Shown here: piece by piece, positions 36,871 to 49,030 of the stretch | How positions within the stretch are numbered: the stretch's first letter is position 1 | Layout of the letters: each line of letters opens with the position of its first letter | Assembly: GCA_028534125.1 (NCBI GenBank) | Contig: CM052816.1 | Coordinates: forward strand, 76,572,001-76,636,000 | Direction: 5' to 3' | DNA from: Lama glama | Taxonomy: Eukaryota | DNA length: 64,000 nt | Made by a program: the position numbers and the translations under genes | The notes under the pieces: generated by a model | Databases searched by the model: none | What the model saw: only the letters and a program-made list of their open reading frames with translations | What the model was told of the DNA's origin: nothing

Positions 36871-39800
36871 ATACTATTTTTCCTTCCAAGGCATACCTGT
36901 TGGTCTCCTTGGCAATAGATTTGCATTGCTCTTTGGGGTTCATTTCCTTTACTTCACAATTTCAATTTAAATCTTTCTTAACCTGGTCAGGAAATCTCCT
37001 GCTCAACTTTTCAGAACTCTGTGAAAGGTACTAAATGCCTTTCCCAAAAAATCCTCGTGTGTGAGCATCAGTCATGTGCTACCACCACTTAGAGGATTCC
37101 AGGGTGGGTGCTCACTGAATTTGGAATCAACATAGGAAACGTATAAAAAGGAAAAAAAAAAAAGACCCCAGGTTTTCCTCCTTTTAAACTAAGTCTCATG
37201 CTCATAAAGAACGGTGAAGGAGCCTGTGTAACTAGGAGCGAAGGACAAATGTTCAGAAGGGGATTTGTCATGCACAAATTGTGGATCAGTCTCTATTGTC
37301 CTGGTGGCTCCAACCAGGGAATATGTCTGTCCCCTTGTTGACACAGGGCGGTCCTAGAACAAAGAAAGTTGATGACATAAACACATCCTTTTCCCAGCAC
37401 TTGAGTGTGTGTGATTTAACCTTTAACTCTTGCTTGTGGATGGAGGTGAGATGTCAAATACTTTCTACTGAGCAACTGTTTTAAAGTGTTTTCATCACTC
37501 TCCCACTAAGAACGCAGGGGGCTCAGTCTCACCCGTCATTGTAATAGAGTCGCCTCCCCCACTCTCTCTCTCTCCTCTCTTTGCCACTTCCTCCAGACCG
37601 CAACAGGAAAGCGGCGACAAAGACCAGGGATCAGCCTGGTAGTCGCTGTAAATCTGCGGTTACTTCAAGTGCTGCTTCCTGTTTTTGAAAGAATGCATTC
37701 CTAGCACGGAATAGAGACTGAGGTCTTGTGACCAACTGTGAACAAATGATTTAAACTGTGACACAGACAATAGGGAGTCCATACCAGATACTGTTATCCC
37801 ATTGCCATCCTCCTTTAGACTCGGAGATAAAGCCTCTTATTTCCTCTAGATCAGACCTGCCGTGAAAAGACAAAACAGCACCTTCTCCCCACTTCCCACT
37901 TAAAGGAAAGCCATTCCAGCTTTTCCTGGCGCTGAACCTAAACCCCTCTGTCTACTCATTCAGGGCAAAAAATTTAAACGGAAATACTCCTGTTTAATGT
38001 TTAAGCCAAAGGTATAAAGTTCTTGCCAGTTTTGCCTTTGCACGATAAAGGTCCTTCCACCACCAAAAGGCTGGGGAGAAAAGCATAAGAATTCTCAGCA
38101 GTGTAATTTCATGTATTTTTTTTTCTTAGTGGTCATTCTTGTTACCTTAGAGACAGGAGACAATTCTGCTGAAGGAATTGACTTTTAAGGTTCCATCCAG
38201 CAAAAGCTCAGCATGTAGATAGCACATACCTGGAGAAACAGACTAGACACCACCATCAACATTTTCATCCTTTCAGTCCAGAGCTTGCACTCATTTCTTG
38301 GAAAGGAAATCTCTGTTTCATTAAAGAAAACAGATTATGCCAAATGTACAAAATAACAGTGGGAGGGGGTGGGGTTGGGGCGGGGTGGAGGAAGGTCACT
38401 GCATGACTCAGAGAAGCTTGACTTCTATAATTAATATTTTAAAGCCACTTTACTTCATATCTAAAATAGAATTATATGATCAGAAGGGAAAAACTAACAC
38501 AGAGCTAAAAATAGTGTTTCTAAATCATACATACGCACAGATACTCTCACATAGCTAACGAGGGATGTGTCAAAACTGTATGTGTATGTCTGCATCACAC
38601 GTATCATCACAGAGCTGAAGTAGGGTGTGTCTTTTATGTGTTTATTAAAAGTAGACTTTTAAGTCATCTATGCCACATGATAAAAAATTATCTCAGCTGA
38701 ACTATCTACTGGGCAACTCATTAAAATCATTCCACAAGAATGTTTAAAATAGCCACAGGTACAAGTCTGATTTCGCCACTTAAAGCGGTCATATCATTAC
38801 TACACCTGGAGTGGAGGAGGTAGAAAATCAGATACTCTTGGAATCATGATGCCCGTCTCAGATACCATCTTTAATCACTCCACGCATTAAGCAACCCAGT
38901 GGCCCGTTGGCTTTAAAGAGTTCATATGCAAGTCAGAGGTGGCCTTAGGGATTACCACCTAAAGGTATCCCCTGACATAAAGAATTCCCTCTGTAGAAAA
39001 CAAAACTCCGGGTGTTGATGAAGCAAGATGCACCCTTGTTAAACATTAGGAACCCCAAATTCAGATTTCAGGCATATCAAATTTCTAAATTACGAGTTAG
39101 AGAATGTGACAGTTCATAGGGCTCAGTGTGACACAGCAGTGACCCTCCAGGGAGCTAAGTACTTCATAAGGTTCACAGGTAGACAAGAAAGGGCAGGGAC
39201 CAAGAGCAGAAGTAAGCAGAGCTCTGCACGATCCAGCACAGCCAAGGTAAGGGACACAGCGTAGTCAAAAACCAATTTTACTTGACTTAACAGATTTTAA
39301 AAAAATAAAGTTTAGTCAGATTATTTTGGATACGCAGACAAAACCTACAACACTTCACATTGTATTTTGTTGGTAAAAAGCATTCCATTAACGTGATATG
39401 GTAAGATGCATGTTTTACGGCACTTATGTACATCAAAGTGTTAAAAGATAAGACACAACTTTCTTCAATGTGTAACAGCAGCATACTTGAAAGAAAACAA
39501 GAGAAAGGAAATCAGAATCAGGGCAGTGGTAAGAGGACCACGTTGGAGAGGGCCACCACCGGGAAGCCAGGATGTCAAGGAAGCAGCAAATGGAAGGTGA
39601 CTTATCCCATCATAGAGAGTTTGAATTTGTTTCTAACCAAAGTGTTCACTGCAACAAAGTTTGCCAGGTGCCCGGCCTGCCCCTGGCTCTGCCTTTCCTC
39701 TCCATCCCAGTCATTCCAGGGATCTCCTCCCCAGTTTGTTTCTCTTCTGTCTCCCTCTCCTTCTTTCTCTGGACTCCATGCTGTCAACAAAACCTATAAT

Positions 39801-40669
39801 CCATTAAAAACTGAAAATGGCATATGATTATTGAAATCACAAGTCCATATGTGTACATATAGCAAACATACACACATACAATTCGGTCACTATTGTAAGT
39901 CAAAAAAAGAAATTTGTTGCTATTTGTGATAGCATACTTATTAGATGAGTGAATTAATCATTACGTTACATCCTTACCTAGTGTGTCACTTGGTGCATTA
40001 TAAATAAGGAACATGCCAGACCTAATTCCGTAACAGACATATTGGGAGACAGAGGAGAAGTCTTAAGATGGTCCATTCCCTTTCCTGTCGCCTGCCCTGC
40101 ACTGCACAGCTGTTACTGCACATCCCTCAATCTGAGTTTCAGTCCCACGAGCTGCCATCCAGTCGGCAGCCTGCTTCTTCTTGCCATGTGATATTTTCAC
40201 ATGGGATGTAGTAGGTCAACGGATCAAGACAATTCAAGTGGAGCAAAGACTCACTTGGCTCTGGTGGAGTGAAGAAATTCTCATGCCCCTCCAGAGCAAG
40301 AGCTGATTGAGCACCTTTTTCTTCCCTCCTCCCTCAACAATTTAGTTTGTTTTCATATTTTGAAAACCTAAGATTTCACTGGGGTATCTGTCTCTAGATC
40401 TCTACAAGGCCTATTAAAAAGGAAAAAGGCAATCAAGAAAATGCTTATTTTAAAGTTAATGACAAGAAAAGCTTTCATCTTTAAATCAGAGGAAACGAGG
40501 TCCAAGAGACCTACACGTGTGCACACACACACAAAAGTAAAAAATGAAAAGAAACGGAATACAGTGTTTACTATAAAATGTACTCTAACTTATTGAATTT
40601 ACTTTTATTTAAGTTACTTGAACGACAGGGTATAATGTCAGCCACGGCACAATAAAGTGATATCCTTAT

Positions 40670-41290
40670 TAGGGCAGTTACACATTGGCACATCCTTTTT
40701 GGAAATAAGCTGCCAATATGTTGGCAAAGATCAGAACGCAAGTTGACAATTTAAATTTTAAATTTTCATGCACTTGATCTGGTAATTCTACTACAAAAAG
40801 TGTAGCCTATAAATGAAAATCTAAAATGAATATTAAGATTTATGTACAAGGCAGTATTATAAACAGCAAGAAAATGATAGGAGCCTAAATTCTGACAGCC
40901 GGTATATATTTAAATTATAGTCAACCTATAGAATTTAATGTTGTGTAGACATCAAAAATCAGATTTTCAAAGAGTACTAAATGACATAAAAAGTAATGTT
41001 CAAGAAGAAAATGCAGGGTATTATATTGTATATGTAGCAATTCCCAATGTATAAAGGTATGTAAACAGATACATATGAATAAAACACATAGATACATTTA
41101 TCTAGAAAAATATCATAGAAAGAAAGACATTGAAATGAAATATATGAAAAAGTGATCATATTTGGATAATAGGATTACTGGTGATTTTGATAGTGATTTT
41201 GATTTGGATAGTAGGATTATAGGTGATTATTTTTCTACTTTTCTGTGACTTCCAAGTTTTCTTCAGACATATGTGTTAACATTTTGTTTT
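40670..41290 (+). mobile_element. Ancient L1 (L1ME-like) 3' fragment
   Basis: attggcacatcctttttggaaataagctgccaata, cttgatctggtaattctact, and 3' UTR-type ggatagtaggattataggtgattatttt. Confidence 0.7.
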
Positions 41291-41551
41291 AAATCCAAGC
41301 AACTTTTTTTTCATCTACCTCTGCAATCTTCACCAACTTCTTTAAAATCTGTCAAGTAATCTATCACTGATGTTTTCTTCTTTCTTACATTAAATTTTGT
41401 TTTCTTTAGATGCTGCCACTCGCTCACAGTCTCCCAACTGCTGCCTTTGTCTTGCTGGATAAACTCTGACAGTGGTCCTTCTCATGCTTTAGACGCCTAC
41501 CTGACAGCTCTTTGTAGTCTCATCATTCATACAGCATTGTTGATAATCGGA

Positions 41552-41990
41552 GTGTCTTGGGTAGGAGGCCCTAAAAAACTGGGTCTAAGACAGAGCTTCA
41601 GATATATGTGACTTTTAAGGGGTTAATCTTTAGGAAAAACCTGAAAGGAAGTAGATTAAGCTGGACAGTGATGGGAAAGAGCCAAGGAAGGATAAGGACT
41701 CAGGTAAAGCATAGCCTTGGTTGGTGCATGGGAGACTGGAGTGTGAATTCCACCACAGACTTGTCTCACCTTGAGGATATGTGGCCAGGCTTTTGTATCG
41801 CTAAACCTGTCAGTCACTGGTCACTCAGGAGGGTAGGGGGACTGGTGACACTGTCCTTGTCCCAGCAGTTGGCCCCCATCTGCTAACGGCACTTCCCCAG
41901 AAAGAACTCAAAACACCTGAGGGGGCAGATGCACCGGCTGGCAAAGGACATCGGGGTGAGACACCAACAGAATCTACTACCCATGATGAT
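41552..41990 (-). mobile_element. ERVL LTR remnant (LTR33/LTR16-like)
   Basis: Starts tgtcttgggtagg...ctaagacagagcttcagatatatgtgactttt...ctttaggaaaaacctg, like antisense LTR33-type elements. Confidence 0.55.
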
Positions 41991-42182
41991 GATGGGTGGA
42001 GAAGAGGAGAGAAGAAAATGGAGGGGAGGAGGAGCATTTCAGACCAATCAGGTGGTGTCAGAAGGACACACCTCCACCCCGACTGGAAGAATGCTGATTC
42101 GGGCGACGCAGCTGCAGCAGTCCAGTGTTCCCGGAGACCCTGGGCACTCGCACTGGAATGACATGAAGGCGTTTAAAACTTC

Positions 42183-42296
42183 TGGAGAGGGGCGGGTATA
42201 GAGTACATGCCAAGCATGCACAAGGTCCTGGTTCAATCCCCAGTACCTCCATTAAAGTAAAATAAATAAACAAACCTAGTTACCCTCCCCACCAAA
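42183..42296 (+). mobile_element. Vic-1 SINE (long-tail form) with A-box deletion
   Basis: gggcgggtatagagtacatgccaagcatgcacaaggtcctggttcaatccccagtacctcc. TSD aaaacttc at 42175-42182 and 42297-42304. Confidence 0.9.
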
Positions 42297-44872
42297 AAAA
42301 CTTCCAAAGTCTTTAACATAGTCACTTAAAGAGATTCCTATCTAGGTGAACCCTCTGCTCTGAAGCCCTGAGAAGATACTCAGCAGGTATACTGAATTTC
42401 CTCTAACAGGAATACTTTTTCCATGCGATTGTGAGCTTTAAATACAGCTGCAAGTCTTCCTCCAGAGATGGCTTCATTTTGGAATCAGACGAAAGGCCTC
42501 GTTGGTCCAGTGGTGCAAATTACTGAGCCACTGGGATAAGAGGACCGATAACCATGCTCTGAAAACCTCTCCTGTTCCTAGCTTTGACGTCTTGGTTTTG
42601 CCAACAAGTATGATATACTTTCCAAATGTGCCTTTTCACTCAGTCACGGTCTGTGGGCCGAGCTGCAAGGAACAGTTGAGGCATCCCTCTGCTAGCAGAG
42701 AAATTTAGATCTTGTGAGAATTACTTTAGATCTTTTGAAGGCTTAGATCTACAGGTTCAAAATCTGTTGTCACCTGAGGGAAAGAAGTCAGTCAAATCTA
42801 TTACTGGAGAGGTAGGTTGGAAAACTCCTTACTTTTCAACACGTTATGATCATATCATGTAGACGCAAAAAAAAAAAAAAAACCAGCATTTTTTTTTTCA
42901 GCCTGAACTTCTCACAATTCAAAGAGAAGCCCGAAAGCACAGTGAAAAATAATAAGTATTAACATAGAAGTGCAGAGGTCAGGAAAAGAAACTGTTAGAA
43001 ATGCTAGGGAAAAGGAAAAAAATGGCAAAGAAAAAAAGCGACATTTGAAAAACATCTTTCTCTTTACTAAGCAATTTGTTTCCTAACTTCTTTGCAGCTC
43101 CAGTGATAGTCTTCAGGAAACTTGGTGATGTCATTTCCTGTCAATTGGCCAGTTACATAAATGTTGGGAAAGAGCCCATTAAAACAGCCCTCAAACAGAT
43201 GGCCATGTGTGGAAATGCCAGAAAGTGAGAACAGCCATTTGTAGTTATATTTTTTTTTTGCCCCACACATGGTATAATGTTTATTTTACAGCCTCTCTTA
43301 TGGACTTATGTGGATCATTCTTGTCATTTTTCTTGGAAAAAAAAATCCCAAAGGAAGCAGTCATAAAATATAAAAGACAAAGCATGAAATAGTGAAAAAT
43401 AAGGTAACGAGCAGAAGTGAGCATCTCATTGGGAGAATCTAAGCCATCAAAGAGCGGTCCACGCAAGACTATCCCCGTGATCAAACATGCTGGGAAAGGA
43501 ATCTCTCCGTCAGGAAATTTCAAGGGAGGGAGATTTTACAAGGCAAATGAATTCACCTTATGATCCTCATGAAGTTAGAAATGAAATGCCTGTATGGCTT
43601 TCACCAAAAAAGCACACTTTCTAGATTTACTTTTATTCCTTCAAAGCAAACCAAAATGTAGCTCCAAGTTCTTTCACATTGAGTGGTCTACATATCTCCC
43701 TGTTCCAAGGACATATTGATGCAATCAAGGGGAGTTTACACTTTTGTAACTGTGAAGAATTTCAGTTATGCATAATAAAACACAGCAAGGAGTTTAAGGC
43801 TGTTCAGCTTCAAAAACTAAACTCTGTTCTTGTTTGCAATGACTGATAATAGCATTTTCTGTCCTTGCAGCTGATGAAAAAGAAATATGGATGTTCTTTT
43901 AACACCAAGTACAGCAAACGTTATGTTATGCAGGTTCAAAATAAGTTAATCCTTCATGAATTCTATTAATTACCTTCCTTTGATATTTCAGTATTTCAAT
44001 TAAATAAGGGCATGTAAATTTCAAAAAAAGTCTGTCCTCTTAAATCCAGACAAAGATATCAGCAGAGAGGGAAAAAATAAGAGTAAGCTAATCATGGTCC
44101 TTCTTTTGATTGTTTTCTTCTTTGTTAAAATGTTTCTTTTATTTCCACTGAGATTAAAGGGTTTGCTTTCTCTTTCATCCATCAACTATCCACACTTGTG
44201 TAGCTATGCATTCTAATCTCCACTTGAATGTAGGCGGTAAAATGTCAGATTTATCCACAAATATTTATTAAGCAACAATGATGGTCAACGGCTGTGCTAG
44301 AAATAGGTAATAAAGAGATACCAACCGAGGGTTCATTACAGAAACAGGGCAAATATTTTACAGACTCTTATTTAAATATTAACTTTTTTGGCCTTTCCAA
44401 AGCTTCTGCCGACTTTTGTGCTATTCTAACACTTGAATCCCAGGAAAATATTTGGAACCCTGCTGTTTCCTGTGAGAGTTCTATACCTCTTAGGTCAGGG
44501 AAGGACAGTTTTAGAGACCCTGTTACCTTAAGGTAGAATTGTGTCCTCAAAAGGGTTTTATGCTTATTTTGGACTCGGCTGCCTGAACTCCACCAAGCAG
44601 AGTAATAAGTTCCATATGCCCATTTTTTTGAAGAACACATTTTCAAAGCAGCAAATGTTTTGACGGATTGGCTCTTGGAGAGCCTGAATACTGTTATACA
44701 CATCGTTTAGCATTTCACAAGGCCCCTACTGTTACATTCTGGGAATGGGGCCAGGGTAACCTACCTACCAGTGCTCTAAGTAACATTAAAATGTTGAGAA
44801 TTCTTAACCATCATGCTTCACTAAGACATATCTGGAATGTGAGGATTTCTTCGCTGCCTCGGAGCTGTGCTA

Positions 44873-44957
44873 GTGTGTGAGTGCATGCCTGTGTGCGCGT
44901 GCACGCCTGTGTATATGTGCACACGTGCGCCTGTGTGTGAGTGCACACGCACACACA
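44873..44957. repeat. Degenerate (TG)/(CG)/(CA) alternating purine-pyrimidine repeat
   Basis: gtgtgtgagtgcatgcctgtgtgcgcgtgcacgcc...gtgcacacgcacacaca. Confidence 0.85.
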
Positions 44958-45242
44958 TTATAGTAAAAATAAGAAAGAAGATCTTAAAGTCAATAAATGA
45001 ACAAAAAGCCTTGAGGATGGGGGTTTTGAGTGTTTAAACTTTTAAATCTTTCATCTAAAGTAGTCGTTGAATTCTGATCTTAGATATATGAGAGGCAAAG
45101 GAAAGTGACAAAAATACGATAGTAAGTGTACAGTAGGTTTTGATGTTGCTTTCTTCGTGTAAAGAATTTCACAGTCTTCTTGCTTGCCTAATATCATCAT
45201 CTCTGTGCATCCTGTGTTACTTATGTAATAGGCATTCTTTGG

Positions 45243-45405
45243 CTCAGTCTTCCCAAATTTGCTCAAATATAATGCTCTTCTGGGATACCTCATCCACCCT
45301 GGGATTCTGAATCAGCAGATTCTGGGGTTGGGCTCTGATATCCCTGTTTTTAAGATTTACCTCCAGTCTTTCTCAGGATCCAGAATGAAACCTTTAGGAA
45401 CCTTT
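45243..45405. mobile_element. MER5-type hAT MITE remnant
   Basis: ccaccctgggattctgaatcagcagattctggggttgggctctgatatccctgtttttaa. Confidence 0.6.
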
Positions 45406-45594
45406 AAGAAACCTTTCAAAAGGCACAGATTAAAACTATATCTGTGTACAGCCACCAAATCTACTATTCCTAGTTATTTTTCCTCTAACTTATTGGCTTC
45501 TGAACTACTTTCATGAAATCTATCCTTTTGTTAAAATCTTACACTGTATTAATATTTCTGCATCTAATCTTTCTCATTGTTCCAATATTTGTCT

Positions 45595-45952
45595 TGTCTT
45601 AGCCCACATATAATGAAAATACCATAGATACGTGGCTTACAAACAACAGAAATTTATTTCTCTCAGTTCTGGAGGCTGGGAAGTCCAAGATCAAGTCACC
45701 AGCAGATTCAGTGGGTGGTGAAGCCTGACTCTGTGGATCATGGACAATGCCTTCCAGCTGTAACCTCACATGGCAGGAGGGATGAGGGGGCTCTCTGGGG
45801 TCTTTTTATAAGGACACAAATGCCATTCATGAGGACTCCACATCTTCATGACCTAATCAATTTCCAAAGGCTCTGCCTCCACATACCATCACATTGGGGG
45901 AAGAAGTTTCAATGTATGAATTTTCGAGGGACACAACTATTCAGTCTAGTAA
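45595..45952 (-). mobile_element. MLT1A-type MaLR solo LTR
   Basis: aaataccatagatacgtggcttacaaacaacagaaatttatttctctcagttctggaggctgggaagtccaagatcaag...gagggacacaactattcagtc. Confidence 0.92.
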
Positions 45953-46219
45953 TGTCTGTCTAAAGAAAATATTAAATGCGGTGATCTGAGTGTCTAAAGT
46001 GATACAGTTTAAAATTATTGTTTATGGTAAGAAATGATACACCAAGATAACATATTTTCTTACAGAAATGTGGTTCATTAGGGAAAGAGGTACAAAGGAC
46101 ACGAAGATAAAATGTGAAGAATTGCTACTCACTGAAGAGTAATACAATCCAGTAGCCTGATAATACAAGGCAATGGGCATGTTTTAGTTGATTTATTAAA
46201 TATGAAGACATATGTATAA

Positions 46220-46450
46220 GGAGTCGGCACAGCAAGGAATGCAGTCAGATGCTTAAATTAAAATCCCAGTTACACCCTTAACAGCATTGAGACCTTGAGC
46301 CTCTTATCTCTTCTAGCCTCTTAGAAGCCTCTTTTTCCTCCTCTGTGAAAATGAAGATCCACCTCATAGAGTTGATTTGAGCTTAGGAAGAAATGTAGGC
46401 AGAGCCTGGCATCTAATCAGACGTTTTTAGATTTATCATTATTATTATTG
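46220..46450 (+). mobile_element. MIR SINE
   Basis: gcagtcagatgcttaaattaaaatcccag...ttcctcctctgtgaaaatgaag...agagcctggcatcta...attattatt. Confidence 0.7.
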
Positions 46451-46454
46451 AAAT

Positions 46455-46860
46455 AGTAATTGATGGCCTGCTGTTGGCCAGGCATTGGCAAGATGGCCCA
46501 AGTCCTCTGTTCTATGCAGGCCCCAGTGGAATGGACAGAAAACAGACAAGTATTGAACACAAATGAAACAGGATTTCAGCTATCACTGAGTGCTGGGAAG
46601 AAAACAAAACAGGATAACGTGCTGAGAGTAACTAGGAGTGAACATTAGCTAAGATGGCGAAGGCCGTCTGTTTGGGGAGTCTGCTCGGGGAGACGGTGTG
46701 ATACTCTCTGGAGAGTGAATGCTGACTAGGAATCTGTTGTTCAAGGCTGCAGGGAGAGCACTGAAGGCGGAGGTAGAAAGAAGGCCTGTGTGGACGGACA
46801 GCGAGAGCGAGGGGAGCAGGGACAACGTGGATAGGCAGTAGGCAGGAATCAGATGCTTGC
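46455..46860 (-). mobile_element. L2 LINE fragment
   Basis: ggcctgctgttggccaggcattgg...gaatggacagaaaacagacaagta...tgagtgctgggaagaaaacaaaacaggataa. Confidence 0.65.
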
Positions 46861-46959
46861 TTCCCCATTTGATTGATTTTTGTTAAGCTGGAGACATACA
46901 CATTTGTTAAAAATGAATTATTCTCATTTGAGAATGGGGGCAGGAAAAGTATTTTAAAG

Positions 46960-47230
46960 TTGTTTTTTCTTTAATTTGGTTTGTTTTTTTATTTTTTACA
47001 CAATTTTTAAAGGTTACCTTCCATTTACGGTTATTACAGAATATTTGCTGTATTCCCCGTGTTGCACAACACATCCTTGAGCCGGACACCCAGTAGCTTG
47101 TACCTCCCACTCCCCCAACCCTACATTGCCCCCTCCACCACCACTGGAACTAACCAGATATAGTTTGTTCTCTGCATCTGTGAGTCTGCTGCTTTTTTTT
47201 GTTATATTCATTAGTTTATTGTATTTTTTT
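46960..47230 (-). mobile_element. 5'-truncated LINE-1 3' UTR (artiodactyl-type)
   Basis: T-rich tail, then aaaggttaccttccatttacggttattacagaatatttgctgtattccccgtgttgcacaa...gtttgttctctgcatctgtgagtctg. Confidence 0.85.
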
Positions 47231-47729
47231 AAGGCCTGTATCCAAGATGGTTATTCTTTGTGGTTGGCATCTATTCTGATGGGTGGGAGCCAATGTCATA
47301 CATACTGTTACGTATTTTGAAAATCACAGCGTGTATATAATACTTCATTTTTGTGTAGGAAAAGTACAGAAGGGTTTTCTTTTAAACCTAAAACAATGAA
47401 CATGCCCTCTGACCTGTCAGTGAGAGAAGTGTAAAAAAAATTTTTTTTCATCTTAGTTAATTAGATGGTAAGGCTCAACATCGCCCTCTTTCACATTGTA
47501 TTGGGTCCTTGGTGGTTGTTCAGCTTTCCAGCTAACGTGCCCAGGCTGTGAAGTCACTGCCCACTCGGGTGCAAGGACATTGTGACCTACTATAAGGAAT
47601 GTTGCTCTCCAATACAATGAACAACTGTATACATATTCTTAGAGATCATTTCTATACATTTCCTATAAAAGAGGAACAACAGATAGCAAAATTAGCAATT
47701 GCACCATTTTAGATTAAAAAATGAGGGTT

Positions 47730-47912
47730 TTTCATGGACTTATAAAATTTCAAGGTTGGAGATTGCTATTGAAATTCACTAGTCCAAACCATCATTATAG
47801 AGATGAAGAAAATTCAAACGCAAAGAAGTAAGGTACTTTCACACAATTACTTGATAAGGTTCTAACTAAAATTCAAATTACTTAATTCCATGGCTTGTGC
47901 TCTTTCTATTCA
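47730..47912 (-). mobile_element. MIR (MIR3/MIRc-like) SINE
   Basis: cactagtccaaaccatcattatagagatgaagaaaatt...ccatggcttgtgctctttctat. Confidence 0.65.
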
Positions 47913-48814
47913 TAAACACACAGGAACACGTGTTTGCTATGTATGAGGGAAACTGGATTTTTATGAAGACGTAAAGGAAAAATAAATTAAAGCTTTCATT
48001 CAGTCATTATTGTATGAGTCTATTTTATTGAATATTCATCTAGGACCAAATAATCATCATTGATTCATGCTTCCAACAAAATGAGCTTCATAGTCTACAC
48101 ATTTCATATTTCAGTAGCTCTAAAATACGACAAATGAAAGACTAGCAGGGAACTTGTGTGCCCCACTTTGCAAAGATTAAGAGGAGTTTGGGATAAACAT
48201 GAATACAGGTCTTGGCTCTTAGGATGTGATTGGAATCCTGGATTTGTCTGGTTTTTAAAACTGTGAAAAACTATGGCATAACATGCACTAAAGTCTCCCA
48301 TGAGGTTATAGCCAGAGGATGTGATATCTGCTTAAAGAGGAGTGTTGCAATTTCAAATCGAGACCCCTCATTTTTTTGGAGGGGCAAACTGAGACGTATT
48401 CTTCTGAAATTCAATAGGGTTTTCCACTGATAGGTGCTCTGTCCCAGCTGGTGAGCGGAAGGACGAAAGATCACTTATCTTCCAGTACCACCGTTGCCAT
48501 GTCAACATGTCGTGGCCACCAGGGTGGTACACAGGAGTTACTTGGTATTTATGCCCACTAATGCAGACCAGTATCAGGTAAGGAGTGCTGATGATGTCAT
48601 CCTCTAGGGTAGCTGGATCGAGGGCCACAGTCCCACGCTCAGTCGTGACCTGAGAGACGTGGAAACTGGGGATGCCCCAGATCAGATCACGAACACATAC
48701 AAGTAGGCATTAAACTTTGTCGATATCTCAAAGGCGGAGCAGATGGAAGACAGCAGTACTAGGAACAGGCAAATACACATCAAGGTGCAAAGCAGAGAGG
48801 AAGAGAGGAAGAAA

Positions 48815-49030
48815 TGAATACATATTAAATACTTTCTATGAGCCAAGCTCTCTGGGAGTCACTTTGAACATTGCGTTACTTAAGTTTCTCAGTATCCTTT
48901 GAAGAAGGGATGTAGCTATTTCACAAAGAAGGAAAAGGAGGATCAGAGAGGTTAAATAAGTTCCTCAAAACTACAGTTACTCAGTGGAACAGCCAGAATT
49001 GGAACTGAGTCCAAACCAGGCTTCTCCTCC
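48815..49030 (-). mobile_element. MIR SINE
   Basis: ctatttcacaaagaaggaaaaggaggatcagagaggttaaataagttcctcaaaactacag...agccagaattggaac. Confidence 0.75.

Noticed and set aside
37645..37670. gcggttacttc, shared with the vault RNA 5' region
   Set aside because: Only 11 contiguous bases match. There is no convincing B box or complementary 3' end downstream.
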